64,000 bases of DNA, taken from assembly GCA_029262535.1 (NCBI GenBank), contig JAJCZF010000082.1:31270-95269 (forward strand), given 5' to 3'. The notes beneath the pieces were generated by a model, which saw only the letters and a list, made by a program, of their open reading frames with translations, had not been told where the DNA came from and did not search any database. The translations under genes were made by a program, and so were the position numbers. Source of the DNA: Deltaproteobacteria bacterium. Its GTDB lineage: Bacteria > Desulfobacterota > GWC2-55-46 > JAJCZF01. This document shows, piece after piece, positions 26,261 through 34,666 of this stretch. The stretch's first letter is position 1; every line of letters starts with the position of its first letter.

Positions 26261-26680
26261 TTACAGCCGTGTAGAGATAAATGTAGCCTCTGAGTTCCTG
26301 GTCGCAGGCGCCTCTTCACCGCTATTACGAATGCCCTGCCAGCCCTGTCTGAGTTCAGAAACCAGACCGTTTACGGCATCTAGCGAAGACTTGTCGTTAT
26401 TCATATTAGCGCGCGTAAGCTCTTCCATCATAAAGGTATATAATCTGGTGAGATTTTCAGATATTACTCCGCCGCGTTCCATGTCGAGCGCATTATCGAG
26501 TTCGCTTACAATGGCGAGCGATTTATTGACATACATATTTCTCGACTCGACATTGCCGTCGTCCATGGCAGCTTTTGCTCTGTTGTTAAAGTTCGTAATT
26601 CCATCGTAAAGAAGGATTATTACGCCAATTCCGTCTGATGTCATTACATCGTTCTTTTGGTATTCCTTTGCTAAATGCAT
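26261..26680 (-). CDS. fliS: flagellin-specific export chaperone FliS
   Basis: YQKNDVMTSDGIGVIILLYDGI...NKSLAIVSELDNALDMERGGVISENLTRLYTFMMEELTRANMNND fits the FliS helical bundle. Start at ATG 26680 is preceded by a G7 run 5 nt upstream; the track start at 26710 would overlap fliD. Confidence 0.85.
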   Translation of the reverse strand: MHLAKEYQKNDVMTSDGIGVIILLYDGITNFNNRAKAAMDDGNVESRNMYVNKSLAIVSELDNALDMERGGVISENLTRLYTFMMEELTRANMNNDKSSLDAVNGLVSELRQGWQGIRNSGEEAPATRNSEATFISTRL

Positions 26681-26693
26681 CTTAACCCCCCCT

Positions 26694-28028
26694 TTATCCT
26701 TGTAGGCCACTTAAAAACGTTGATTGAGACTTAAACCCGACCAGCATTGCCTCAAGAGAGGCAAACTGTAGGCGCAAACCCTCCTCATAGAGAGCCAGGT
26801 TGAAATCCTGTTCCTGTATGTCTTGTGTCAAATCCTTGATACCCGTGCTTAGACTCTTGGTCTTGATTGTCATCCGACCGTCCACAAAATCAGTCAACCC
26901 ATCGATTTTGTCAGAAAGAAGGTTTGCAAAACCGTCCGTGCCCGAATCATCGGTAAAGAGATCGATAATAGCATCCGGGTTGAGGGCAAGCGCTTCCTTA
27001 AACTTAGTGGCATCAATGGTGAGAGTGCCCTCCTTTGTCTCGATACCGGCCTGAATAAGGTATTGCATTGATTCGGGCCGTCCCGCAATAGGCGCGGTAA
27101 ACATCCTTCTAACCTCGTCGAGCGTCGATCTTGCTATGGACTCTCCAAAGAAGGGTTGCGCTATCTTGGTCTCTGTATCGTAGCGATTATTGGCTTTGAT
27201 ATAGTCGGACATGCTGTTGTAGCTGCTAACAAAGAGCTGGAGATTAGAAAGAATCGCGCTTTCGTCCCTGCTCACATCGAGAGTAACGGTCTTTGCAGGG
27301 TCAGCCGATTCAAGGTTGAAGGTAACGCCGCTTATAACGTCCGTTACGGTATTGGAGGCTCTTGTTATGACGAGGTTATCTACCTTAAAAGAGGCGTCCA
27401 ACGCCGCCTGCAGAGTTGTATTGAATGCGAGCGTCGTATCGTTTTGCGTTATGGTAACGGCGCTTGACGCGCCTGTATCGTCGCTTGTCAGTATTAACCT
27501 GACCGGGTCTACCGCCGAACCGTCGTTTACAAGTGTCGCCTTTGCTCCGCCGTCCAGCGCGTTAATTCCGTTACGAAGGTCGTCGAGCGTGGCCCCTGCG
27601 GCGAGTGTCACCGTCTGTTCGGGGCCTGTACCTATCTGAAACTTAAAGGAGCCGCCGGCGGCGGAGACCACAGTGGTCTCCGCCGCTACACCGTCGGCTG
27701 CTATTTTATGCGCCTGCGCAAGGTTATCTACTACTATGGAGTATGATCCGTTCGATGCGCTGCTATTGCTTGAAGCGGTTATCAGCGATTCATCCGAACT
27801 GGTTGCCGCAAACTCCTGAAACGATGTCGCAGTTTTGAGCTTGTCAGCCGCGCTCTTCATGGTTTCAAGCCTTGCAGTAAGTGTCTCATAAGCTGACATC
27901 TTGTCTTCCAGCTCGTAGACCCTCCTATTCATCGCATTGATAGGCTCTCGCTTTATCGAGACAAGCTGTTTAATGAGCCCTGAATAGTCAATACCACTGC
28001 TTACTCCTGAAGAGGCGGCTATACTCAT
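26694..28028 (-). CDS. fliD: flagellar filament cap protein FliD
   Basis: N-terminus SGIDYSGLIKQLVSIKREPINAMNRRVYELEDKMSAYETL and C-terminal helical region LRLQFASLEAML. ATGA overlap with the upstream flaG. Confidence 0.9.
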   Translation of the reverse strand: MSIAASSGVSSGIDYSGLIKQLVSIKREPINAMNRRVYELEDKMSAYETLTARLETMKSAADKLKTATSFQEFAATSSDESLITASSNSSASNGSYSIVVDNLAQAHKIAADGVAAETTVVSAAGGSFKFQIGTGPEQTVTLAAGATLDDLRNGINALDGGAKATLVNDGSAVDPVRLILTSDDTGASSAVTITQNDTTLAFNTTLQAALDASFKVDNLVITRASNTVTDVISGVTFNLESADPAKTVTLDVSRDESAILSNLQLFVSSYNSMSDYIKANNRYDTETKIAQPFFGESIARSTLDEVRRMFTAPIAGRPESMQYLIQAGIETKEGTLTIDATKFKEALALNPDAIIDLFTDDSGTDGFANLLSDKIDGLTDFVDGRMTIKTKSLSTGIKDLTQDIQEQDFNLALYEEGLRLQFASLEAMLVGFKSQSTFLSGLQG

Positions 28029-28471
28029 GATGTCACCATTGAATCCTCAAGAAGTGTTAACCCTTCAATCGCTTCGCCGCTGTAGGATTCAAAATCCAGA
28101 AGGGACTGAACCTTCTTGCCTACGTCGGCGAGGCTATCTTCGGGAAACTTCTTGATTACTTCGTTTGTGTCGGGGTCTATTACCTTGACGACCATCTGCT
28201 TTGTCCTGGAGTCGACCTCGACCTTTAGATTTATATTCATGCGGCTAAAGACCTTCTTTAATCCGCCTGCTACTTTAGTTGCCTTGTTTGAAGTCGATTC
28301 GTTGCTAGTTGCTGCTTCTACCGACTTTACTTCCTGGCCTGAATTGGCCTTGGCTTCCGTGCCCTTCTCTATGCGAAGAGCTCTTTGCAAGCCCTGACTT
28401 TCAGACACACCGGAGGCAACTTGAGCGTTCAGATTAGCCTGTGCTTGCGCTATTGAACTATTGCTTACCAT
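28025..28471 (-). CDS. flaG: FlaG family flagellar protein (copy 2)
   Basis: LKVEVDSRTKQMVVKVIDPDTNEVIKKFPEDSLADVGKKV matches the FlaG signature. Downstream of flagellin copy 2. Confidence 0.75.
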   Translation of the reverse strand: MVSNSSIAQAQANLNAQVASGVSESQGLQRALRIEKGTEAKANSGQEVKSVEAATSNESTSNKATKVAGGLKKVFSRMNINLKVEVDSRTKQMVVKVIDPDTNEVIKKFPEDSLADVGKKVQSLLDFESYSGEAIEGLTLLEDSMVTS

Positions 28472-28557
28472 TTTGCTTACCTCATATCTTTCGTTTAGTG
28501 TCCTGTTTGTCTGTCGGCGTCCACCATCCTGGTTTCAGCCATAAAATTTATTATATC

Positions 28558-28580
28558 ATGCCGCCTCCATTGGCGGGCAT
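28558..28580 (-). terminator. possible partial terminator or attenuator hairpin after flagellin copy 2
   Basis: ATGCCGCC-tccatt-GGCGGGCAT is a stem with one bulge. On the mRNA it is followed by the A/U-rich GAUAUAAUAAAUUUUAU. It lies between the flagellin stop (28588) and the flaG start (28471). Confidence 0.4.
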
Positions 28581-28587
28581 ATTATCG

Positions 28588-29442
28588 TTATCTTAGAAGC
28601 GTTAATGCCGCCTGTGGTAACGAGTTTGCCTGTGCAAGGACCGAGACACCCGACTGTACGAGTATCTGGTTCTTTGTGAAGCTGGCTGTTTCGTTGGCGA
28701 AATCAACGTCGCGAATCCTACTCTCGGCTGCCTGGAAGTTAGTAAAGGTAACCTGTAGGTTAGATACCGTAGCCTGAAGCCTGTTCGTATATGCACCGAA
28801 ACGGGCCCTGGTATCGTTTATGGTCTTAATAGCATTTTTCACGAAGTCGATGGCATCCTGCGCTTTTGCCTGCGTACTGATGGCTACGAGTGATAAACTG
28901 CCTCCAATGGTCGTAAGCCCTTCCACACCCAGAGTTGATCCAAGCAGGTTGGCCATGCTCATCTGCAGCCTGTCGTTTGCCGCTACATTTCTAAAACCGA
29001 TCTGGAGATCGATCTGCAGATTCGCATTTAAGAGCTTTTTACCGTCAAATTCCGTAACATTCGATATACGGTTGATCTCTTCCTGCAACTGCTTCCACTC
29101 AACGTCATAGTATCCTCTTTCTACCGTATCCAGGGTACCTTGAGCGGCCAGAATTGCGAGTTCGTTCATTCTGGTGAGTATCAGTGTGATCTGTTCGGCG
29201 CTCTTGTCTGCTATCTCAAGTGCGCTTACACCGTCATTGGAGTTACGTAGAGCCGCCTGGAGACCACGTGAATTGGCCCTGAGCTGATCTGCCCTGGCAA
29301 GCCCTGCTGCGTCATCCGATGCGCTATTTACGCGATATCCGGACGAAAGTCTTTGTACATTTAGTTTGAGTTGTGAATTAGATACATTCAGGTTCTGCTG
29401 TGCAACGAGTGAAGCTACGTTGGTGTTGATTATGAGTCCCAT
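28588..29442 (-). CDS. fliC: flagellin (284 aa), copy 2
   Basis: MGLIINTNVASLVAQQNL...RLSSGYRVNSASDDAAGLA ... FQAAESRIRDVDFANETASFTKNQILVQSGVSVLAQANSLPQAALTLL. SD TAAGGAGG at 29451-29458. Confidence 0.95.
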   Translation of the reverse strand: MGLIINTNVASLVAQQNLNVSNSQLKLNVQRLSSGYRVNSASDDAAGLARADQLRANSRGLQAALRNSNDGVSALEIADKSAEQITLILTRMNELAILAAQGTLDTVERGYYDVEWKQLQEEINRISNVTEFDGKKLLNANLQIDLQIGFRNVAANDRLQMSMANLLGSTLGVEGLTTIGGSLSLVAISTQAKAQDAIDFVKNAIKTINDTRARFGAYTNRLQATVSNLQVTFTNFQAAESRIRDVDFANETASFTKNQILVQSGVSVLAQANSLPQAALTLLR

Positions 29443-29505
29443 GTGAGTACCCTCCTTAGTATGTTGAGCGGCTTCCTTGCCTCGGCGTCCTTGCCTGTAT
29501 TTCTC
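29313..29505. repeat. repeat copy A (flagellin copy-2 first 43 codons + proximal leader)
   Basis: Aligns without indels to 29762-29954 (offset 449). My hand count is 17 mismatches in the 130-nt coding part and 14 in the next 69 nt. Confidence 0.85.
29474..29495 (-). promoter_or_regulatory. twin GGCAAGGA motifs in the flagellin copy-2 leader (candidate CsrA binding sites)
   Basis: The mRNA reads GGCAAGGACGCCGAGGCAAGGAAGCC. The two GGCAAGGA copies are at 29488-29495 and 29474-29481, 14 nt apart. A third GGA lies in the SD (AAGGAGG). Confidence 0.45.
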
Positions 29506-29666
29506 CGTTCCTGCTTTGCTTCTTTCTTTCTTCTTCTTTTTTGCTTATGAGGACATCACCACAATGCCTGCACTTGCCTTTCTTGTTAGTTTCGACTACG
29601 GCCTCCTTTCGTTCTTTTTTTACTTGGGAGTAGAGTATCTATTTTCATGCTCGACTCTTAACTAAT

Positions 29667-29694
29667 TTATCGGAGTCGAGAGTAGTAAACTTTA
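29667..29694 (-). promoter_or_regulatory. sigma-28 promoter of flagellin copy 2
   Basis: The minus strand reads TAAAGTTT-N12-TCCGATAA, about 215 nt upstream of ATG 29442. Confidence 0.7.
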
Positions 29695-29726
29695 GCCTTT
29701 TTTTAAAAAATCCATTTAAAAACCCC

Positions 29727-29891
29727 TCAACTAACTAGAGCGGCAACAAAAAGGAATAATTCACCCGATGCGCCGTCTACGCGATACGCGGACGAAAGTC
29801 TCTGTAGATTTAGTTTGAGTTGTGGATTAGATAGATTCAGGTTTTGCTGAGTTACGAGTGAAGCTACGTTGGCGTTGATTAAAAGTCCCAT
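29727..29891 (-). pseudogene. truncated flagellin 5' fragment (54-aa ORF; the first ~43 codons are flagellin D0 N-terminus)
   Basis: ATG 29891, SD AAGGAAGG. Translation is MGLLINANVASLVTQQNLNLSNPQLKLNLQRLSSAYRVDGASG, followed by unrelated ELFLFVAALVS and a stop. Homology to flagellin copy 2 ends abruptly at 29762. Confidence 0.75.
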
Positions 29892-29954
29892 CTTGGCACC
29901 TTCCTTAGTATATTAAGCGGCTTCCTTGCCTTGGCTTCCTTGCCGGTATTACTT
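29762..29954. repeat. repeat copy B (remnant of a third flagellin gene start + leader)
   Basis: See copy A. It retains both GGCAAGGA motifs (29923-29930 and 29937-29944) at identical 14-nt spacing. Confidence 0.85.
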
Positions 29955-30002
29955 CGTCTCTAAAGGGCCCATTTCCCACCTTATATCTTGCCCTTATAGA
30001 GT

Positions 30003-30029
30003 CTATCGGAAGAAGATGGAAAAACCTTA
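30003..30029 (-). promoter_or_regulatory. degenerate sigma-28-like promoter upstream of the flagellin remnant
   Basis: The minus strand reads TAAGGTTT-N11-TCCGATAG, one change in each element relative to the two intact flagellin promoters. Confidence 0.4.
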
Positions 30030-30048
30030 AGTTTTTTTTGAGATCTCA

Positions 30049-30663
30049 TTATCCTCTACCGGCAGTACTTAAAGAGGATAATAACGAATCAAGCTCCTTA
30101 ACAAGAGGCAAAGCCTCATACTCCAATATATCGGCAACAAGCACAAAATCACCTGCGTCGCGTGCCTTATTGATACGGTCGATATTCGAGATAAGCATGG
30201 AGTAGCGTTCGACCTGCCCTTGATAAGAGATATCGAGCCCCGCTTTTGTTGCGGTAACATTTAGAAGATTAGTCGTCTCCACAAGGTCGCTTAACAGATT
30301 AAAGATAGTTGATACGCCACTAAAGGTCGCCTCAAAATCCTCATCCTGAATCGCGCTGAGCGAGTCTTCTACACCTTTATATATCTCACCTGTAAACTCA
30401 CAGCAGGAGTCGATACCAAGTTTTACTACGTCAACCAATGAGGCCACCGAGAGCCTTACTTCGTTTATCGTGGATAGAGGTCTTGCAATTAGGTCGGACC
30501 TCCTCCAGTCATGCTCTTCAAGGCCGTCAAGGAAGAGTCCCACAATGATATTACCGCCTGGTCCAAGCTGAGATTCAATAGCCTCCAGGCACTGCCCGAA
30601 GGTGACCGACCGATCATCCGAGTCAAAATCTATCTCATTATCATTCACATAAAGCTTAGTCAT
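30049..30663 (-). CDS. hypothetical acidic protein (204 aa) downstream of maf
   Basis: ORF with coding-like composition and a 29-nt gap after maf. No motif recognised; no signal peptide or TM segment. Confidence 0.4.
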   Translation of the reverse strand: MTKLYVNDNEIDFDSDDRSVTFGQCLEAIESQLGPGGNIIVGLFLDGLEEHDWRRSDLIARPLSTINEVRLSVASLVDVVKLGIDSCCEFTGEIYKGVEDSLSAIQDEDFEATFSGVSTIFNLLSDLVETTNLLNVTATKAGLDISYQGQVERYSMLISNIDRINKARDAGDFVLVADILEYEALPLVKELDSLLSSLSTAGRG

Positions 30664-30692
30664 ACAAATCTCCGAGTGTGGGCAAAACAGGG

Positions 30693-32588
30693 CTAGAGAT
30701 CGATGGAACGAGCCTCCAAAGCCTTTATGGCATCTTCCAGGGGTACTATGAAGTCCTTACAGTTGTCACCTACTATCTTATACATCTGACCCACCTGCTT
30801 GATATCCTTTAAAGACTGAGCCGTTACGTCTTCATCGACCTTCTCATGTTTTTGAATCTTATCGACCTGGTGAGAGAGTTCAAAGAGGGCGTCCCATATA
30901 AATATCGCATCTTCACTATGCTTAAATAGTTTCTTTTCATGATTTGCAAGTTTTTTTAATGCACCTTCCAGTTCTGGAGAAATTCCCTTGGCCTCGATCT
31001 TCTTCTCAAGCTCTTTGGCCAGAGTGGTAATTGATTTTGTTCTGGAAAGTACACCTCTAACAGCTGAAAGATTCGATAGAAGAGATTTCTTAAGCGCAGC
31101 GATATCAACAGGCTCTACACTGCTCTCGGCCTCTTCTATGGCCTTAAACGCAGGTTGAGAGTCGTCTGTCAGGTCGCAGTACTTCTCCAATACCTCTGAA
31201 AGAGGCATATGAACCATACCGTCTACATAAGCCCCCTGTTCGGAGGCATTGATAAATACTGCTTCCGGGTGTTCCTCCTTGGCGGTAGCTATGTAACTGA
31301 CGAGCCAATCATGAATGGCTACCCATGACCTTGAGCTAGGTATGAGCTTGCCGTCCTTGTCTTTTATCATAACGACTTCATGACTTCTGCTATTTTCCTG
31401 CCCCTCAACAAGATGCTCTTTTATCAGAATATTTCCTTTGTCGAACTCAAGCTCTTGCTTTCCATACGGACTACCGTCCACATGGCTCTCGTTCTCGCCA
31501 TATGCAAAGTCCTGACCGATAAATACGAGCGGGGAAGATCCTGCAAAGAGGGCGATATCATAAGCTGTAGTTGTAACATTTCCACCGCTAACAGGACGGT
31601 ATTCGCTTCCCCACATAGACATATGCTGCGGGGCAAATGCATTATAATGATTAAAGAACGTATATGTCTTCAAAGTATTTCTCGGAAGATAAAAATCAGG
31701 GTGCGAGACATCGGCGAGCATCAACCTCACCTCGGCCGTCTCAGGCCTATCGGGAAAGAATGTCGGCAAAGCTACCTTCTCCGCAGCTATGACAAAGTCC
31801 GGTATCACACCAAACTTCAAGAGTGGGTGAAATGCCGAGAGAGCGGCAATAATCAAGACCTTGCCCTTAACCTTCTTTAGATGGTGTACATTCTTCTTAA
31901 GAGAAGGGCCTGCCCCGACGATTATGGCCGGAATCCCCTCAAACTTATCCTTCAAAATATCTAATGTAGGGCAATCCAGGAGCACTGGTATATTCTTCAG
32001 ATAATTCTCAAGCCATACCTTGGATGAGAGCGTCATAGTATTAATAAGAAGCTTGCGGCGCGTAAAACTCTTATCTACCTCAAGTGCGAAATCTTTCACT
32101 TTCTCCAAGTAGGCGATCTTATATGGAATCGTCAAGAACTGGACTATCTCAAGCACTCCGTCAGATTTTTCCATAACCTCGTCCTTAATTTGCCCAAGGT
32201 CCGTGGTAAGTACGAAGGATTTATTGGATAAGAGTTCACTAAGGTCAAGCTGTTGCAGTATCGATTTCAGAAGGGCCACATCCGGCTCGTATACCGTTAC
32301 GGAAGTTTTTTCCTCCTTAAGGATGAGCCTGGACAGATAACCAAAACCAAGTCCAAAGAGAAGGACCCAGTCGCGTTCCTGCACCAAAACCCTGGCGACA
32401 CTGCGCTCGGCTTCAACATGTGGATAATAAGCGCTATGAAAATGTATACCCTTGTATTTAAAATATTTTTCTCCGCTCTTGGCAGTGCCCACTTCAATAG
32501 GCGCCTCCTTTGCCGCAACGACTTCATCGGCAAGTTCGGGGTTACGTTTGCGTAGGGCCTTTATATTGATTTTAAAGATATCGTTCAT
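30693..32588 (-). CDS. maf: motility accessory factor (Maf; DUF115/MptE-like) putative flagellin nonulosonic-acid glycosyltransferase
   Basis: Core IPAIIVGAGPSLKKNVHHLKKVKGKVLIIAALSAFHPLLKFGVIPDFVIAAE is typical of DUF115 Maf proteins. Long helical C-terminus. Embedded in the pse and flagellin locus. Confidence 0.8.
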   Translation of the reverse strand: MNDIFKINIKALRKRNPELADEVVAAKEAPIEVGTAKSGEKYFKYKGIHFHSAYYPHVEAERSVARVLVQERDWVLLFGLGFGYLSRLILKEEKTSVTVYEPDVALLKSILQQLDLSELLSNKSFVLTTDLGQIKDEVMEKSDGVLEIVQFLTIPYKIAYLEKVKDFALEVDKSFTRRKLLINTMTLSSKVWLENYLKNIPVLLDCPTLDILKDKFEGIPAIIVGAGPSLKKNVHHLKKVKGKVLIIAALSAFHPLLKFGVIPDFVIAAEKVALPTFFPDRPETAEVRLMLADVSHPDFYLPRNTLKTYTFFNHYNAFAPQHMSMWGSEYRPVSGGNVTTTAYDIALFAGSSPLVFIGQDFAYGENESHVDGSPYGKQELEFDKGNILIKEHLVEGQENSRSHEVVMIKDKDGKLIPSSRSWVAIHDWLVSYIATAKEEHPEAVFINASEQGAYVDGMVHMPLSEVLEKYCDLTDDSQPAFKAIEEAESSVEPVDIAALKKSLLSNLSAVRGVLSRTKSITTLAKELEKKIEAKGISPELEGALKKLANHEKKLFKHSEDAIFIWDALFELSHQVDKIQKHEKVDEDVTAQSLKDIKQVGQMYKIVGDNCKDFIVPLEDAIKALEARSIDL

Positions 32589-34666
32589 TATAGTTTCTCT
32601 CTTGCCACTATTTTAAATTTAATAGTATTCGTACCTCTCCAGACCCAGTAGGCCGTCTCGTCTATCTCGCCGATAGAGTGATAAAGCCTTAAGAAAGATC
32701 TCTCATCAACGGAAGTATAATGCAAGATCGGGGCCGAATATAACTCAGCCTTATCGGTTTCTATACGAATTATCTTATCTTTATCCCCTATTTCAACAAA
32801 ACCTTCGGTCGCGCCCAGGCAGCTCGTGGCAGAGACCGTGGCGCTCACAGGCTCGTCGTGACCGACCTCGTGGCCGTCGAGCATAAATCTCTCACCAACA
32901 AGCCCTCCGTTTACTGTTTCGTAGTAGAGAGATTCTCTCTCAAAAGCGTCAGGAAGTAGCGTAAATATTCCAAGTCGCAGACTCGACGCGTTAAGGCCGT
33001 CCACCTTCAGACTGTAGCTAATATCTATTCTGGACTCTTCATTGTATATATCGTAGCTCTTCTCAAGAGTTCCAATATCGAGCTTGATATCTGCAATAAC
33101 CCTTATATAGTCAGTCTTTTTTATGATTTTGGGCTTTACGGAGGCAAGATCGGTAATCTTTGCGCCGTCCCGTGCGACATTTATAAGATGTCCGCTAAAG
33201 AAGTCGGCCCCATAGTGTATATCGTCGAAATAACCGTGCGGGAGGGTCCCGATAATGGGTTTTTCAACTATATCAGGGAACTTTAGAGACTTTATGGCAA
33301 GCCCTTTCTCCGTTAAAAGCTCGATATGAACGGCTCCGGTCTCTAGTCTCAAAAGATTTTCATTTAGAAATTCTTCAGGCACAAGCTCTTCGGCTCTATC
33401 GTCCACAAGGCCGCCGCCTGCCTCGCCAATGGCCTTTACAGGTCGGTTCAGGCCCTTCTCAAGTCTAAGTTTTTCAATCTCTACACGCAGGTAACCCATG
33501 CGATTTTGAAATCTCAATAACTTCTCATCGGTCGTATTGGTACGGAAATCACTACCGAAAAGAGTACAGAGCAGCTCCCTTAACTCGTCGTATTTTTCTA
33601 TTTCTATATGGCCTTTGAGTTCTTTAAGTTCCGAATAGGCCTTAAAAGACTGCGTATTGATATGAACGCTATCGCGGCCCGTCACGGCCCAACGCGTGGG
33701 ATTATACTTTTCTTGTTTCTTACATGGCAGGGGCGTCTCGGCCGAGGTAAGCCGTATCTTGTTGAATGAATTCAGTGATTGGGCTGACTTCGAATCTTTT
33801 ACGATCTCAGACGGCAACGTTAAAGAGAGCCCTTCGGAATGAGCCAACCTCTCGTAGAGCTGCCTGATACGCTCCCACTCGGCCCCTCCCGTTTTACCGT
33901 CGCCGTCCCGGCGATCCACCCTGCCCTTGCCGGGCCTGTAGCCGAATATCTCCGCGTCATTGCCATATAAAGGAAAAGCCCTGAGTTTGACATTCGGGCC
34001 GCCCTTGTGATCCTCCAGGTAATCCAGGTAATCACCGAGCGTATCTTGACCGTATATATAACGCTGAAACTTCTGAAATGCGATGGAATGGGACCAGAGC
34101 ACCGTTATCGCGCTCTCTTCATCATCGATAGAGACCGCGCTATTTTTAACGGCGGAGGAGGTCGTCTGAGGGCTGTAGAGATATTCGGCGGGATAACCGT
34201 TATACTGGCGTGAGTTATTCCAGTCCATTACGATCGTTTCATAACCGGCCTCAAGGTAAAGGTCAACAATACCGGCGGAAAATGTCTGCTCGTTTACAAG
34301 CGCGACCTTCGGAACCTTGCCAAGCAGCTCTTCGTAGCGCTTATTTCCTATCTCAAGATTCCAGCGATTAAGACCTGCGGGCGCGAGCGGCATTATTACC
34401 TGCGCAAGGCCCGAACCGATGAACTCGCACTTCCCATCGGCCCAGAGTGCGGCCAGCTCCTTAATAAAAGACGGTTCTATACGCTCTATCTCCATGAGTG
34501 TCGTAGCCGTAGCCTCAAGGGCCACCGGGAAACCGTCTGCCGCAAGCGCAAGCAGCGGGCGGTAACAGCTCTCTATTACAACAGGATAATCCTCTTCAGG
34601 TATAGAAGAGAAGGCGAGATTGAGATGAAAGATACTATAGAGTTCGAGACGTTTCAATCTATTCAA
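32588..34666 (-). CDS. GH57-like (beta/alpha)7-barrel domain protein with large C-terminal extension
   Basis: The N-terminal ~300 aa are collinear with my recollection of GH57 enzymes. Blocks are YRPLLALAADGFPVALEATATTL, KCEFIGSGLAQVIMPL, ALVNEQTF (nucleophile-Glu position), AGYETIVMDW and YGNDAEIFGYRPG (acid/base-Asp block). The HxHQP motif is replaced by FHLNLAFSS. TAATG overlap with the maf start. Confidence 0.5.
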   Translation of the reverse strand: MNRLKRLELYSIFHLNLAFSSIPEEDYPVVIESCYRPLLALAADGFPVALEATATTLMEIERIEPSFIKELAALWADGKCEFIGSGLAQVIMPLAPAGLNRWNLEIGNKRYEELLGKVPKVALVNEQTFSAGIVDLYLEAGYETIVMDWNNSRQYNGYPAEYLYSPQTTSSAVKNSAVSIDDEESAITVLWSHSIAFQKFQRYIYGQDTLGDYLDYLEDHKGGPNVKLRAFPLYGNDAEIFGYRPGKGRVDRRDGDGKTGGAEWERIRQLYERLAHSEGLSLTLPSEIVKDSKSAQSLNSFNKIRLTSAETPLPCKKQEKYNPTRWAVTGRDSVHINTQSFKAYSELKELKGHIEIEKYDELRELLCTLFGSDFRTNTTDEKLLRFQNRMGYLRVEIEKLRLEKGLNRPVKAIGEAGGGLVDDRAEELVPEEFLNENLLRLETGAVHIELLTEKGLAIKSLKFPDIVEKPIIGTLPHGYFDDIHYGADFFSGHLINVARDGAKITDLASVKPKIIKKTDYIRVIADIKLDIGTLEKSYDIYNEESRIDISYSLKVDGLNASSLRLGIFTLLPDAFERESLYYETVNGGLVGERFMLDGHEVGHDEPVSATVSATSCLGATEGFVEIGDKDKIIRIETDKAELYSAPILHYTSVDERSFLRLYHSIGEIDETAYWVWRGTNTIKFKIVAREKL

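Noticed and set aside
29477-29665. 62-aa plus-strand ORF in the flagellin copy-2 leader region
   Set aside because: It is antisense to a sigma-28-driven 5' UTR, Phe/Leu-rich because of T-runs, and has no SD.
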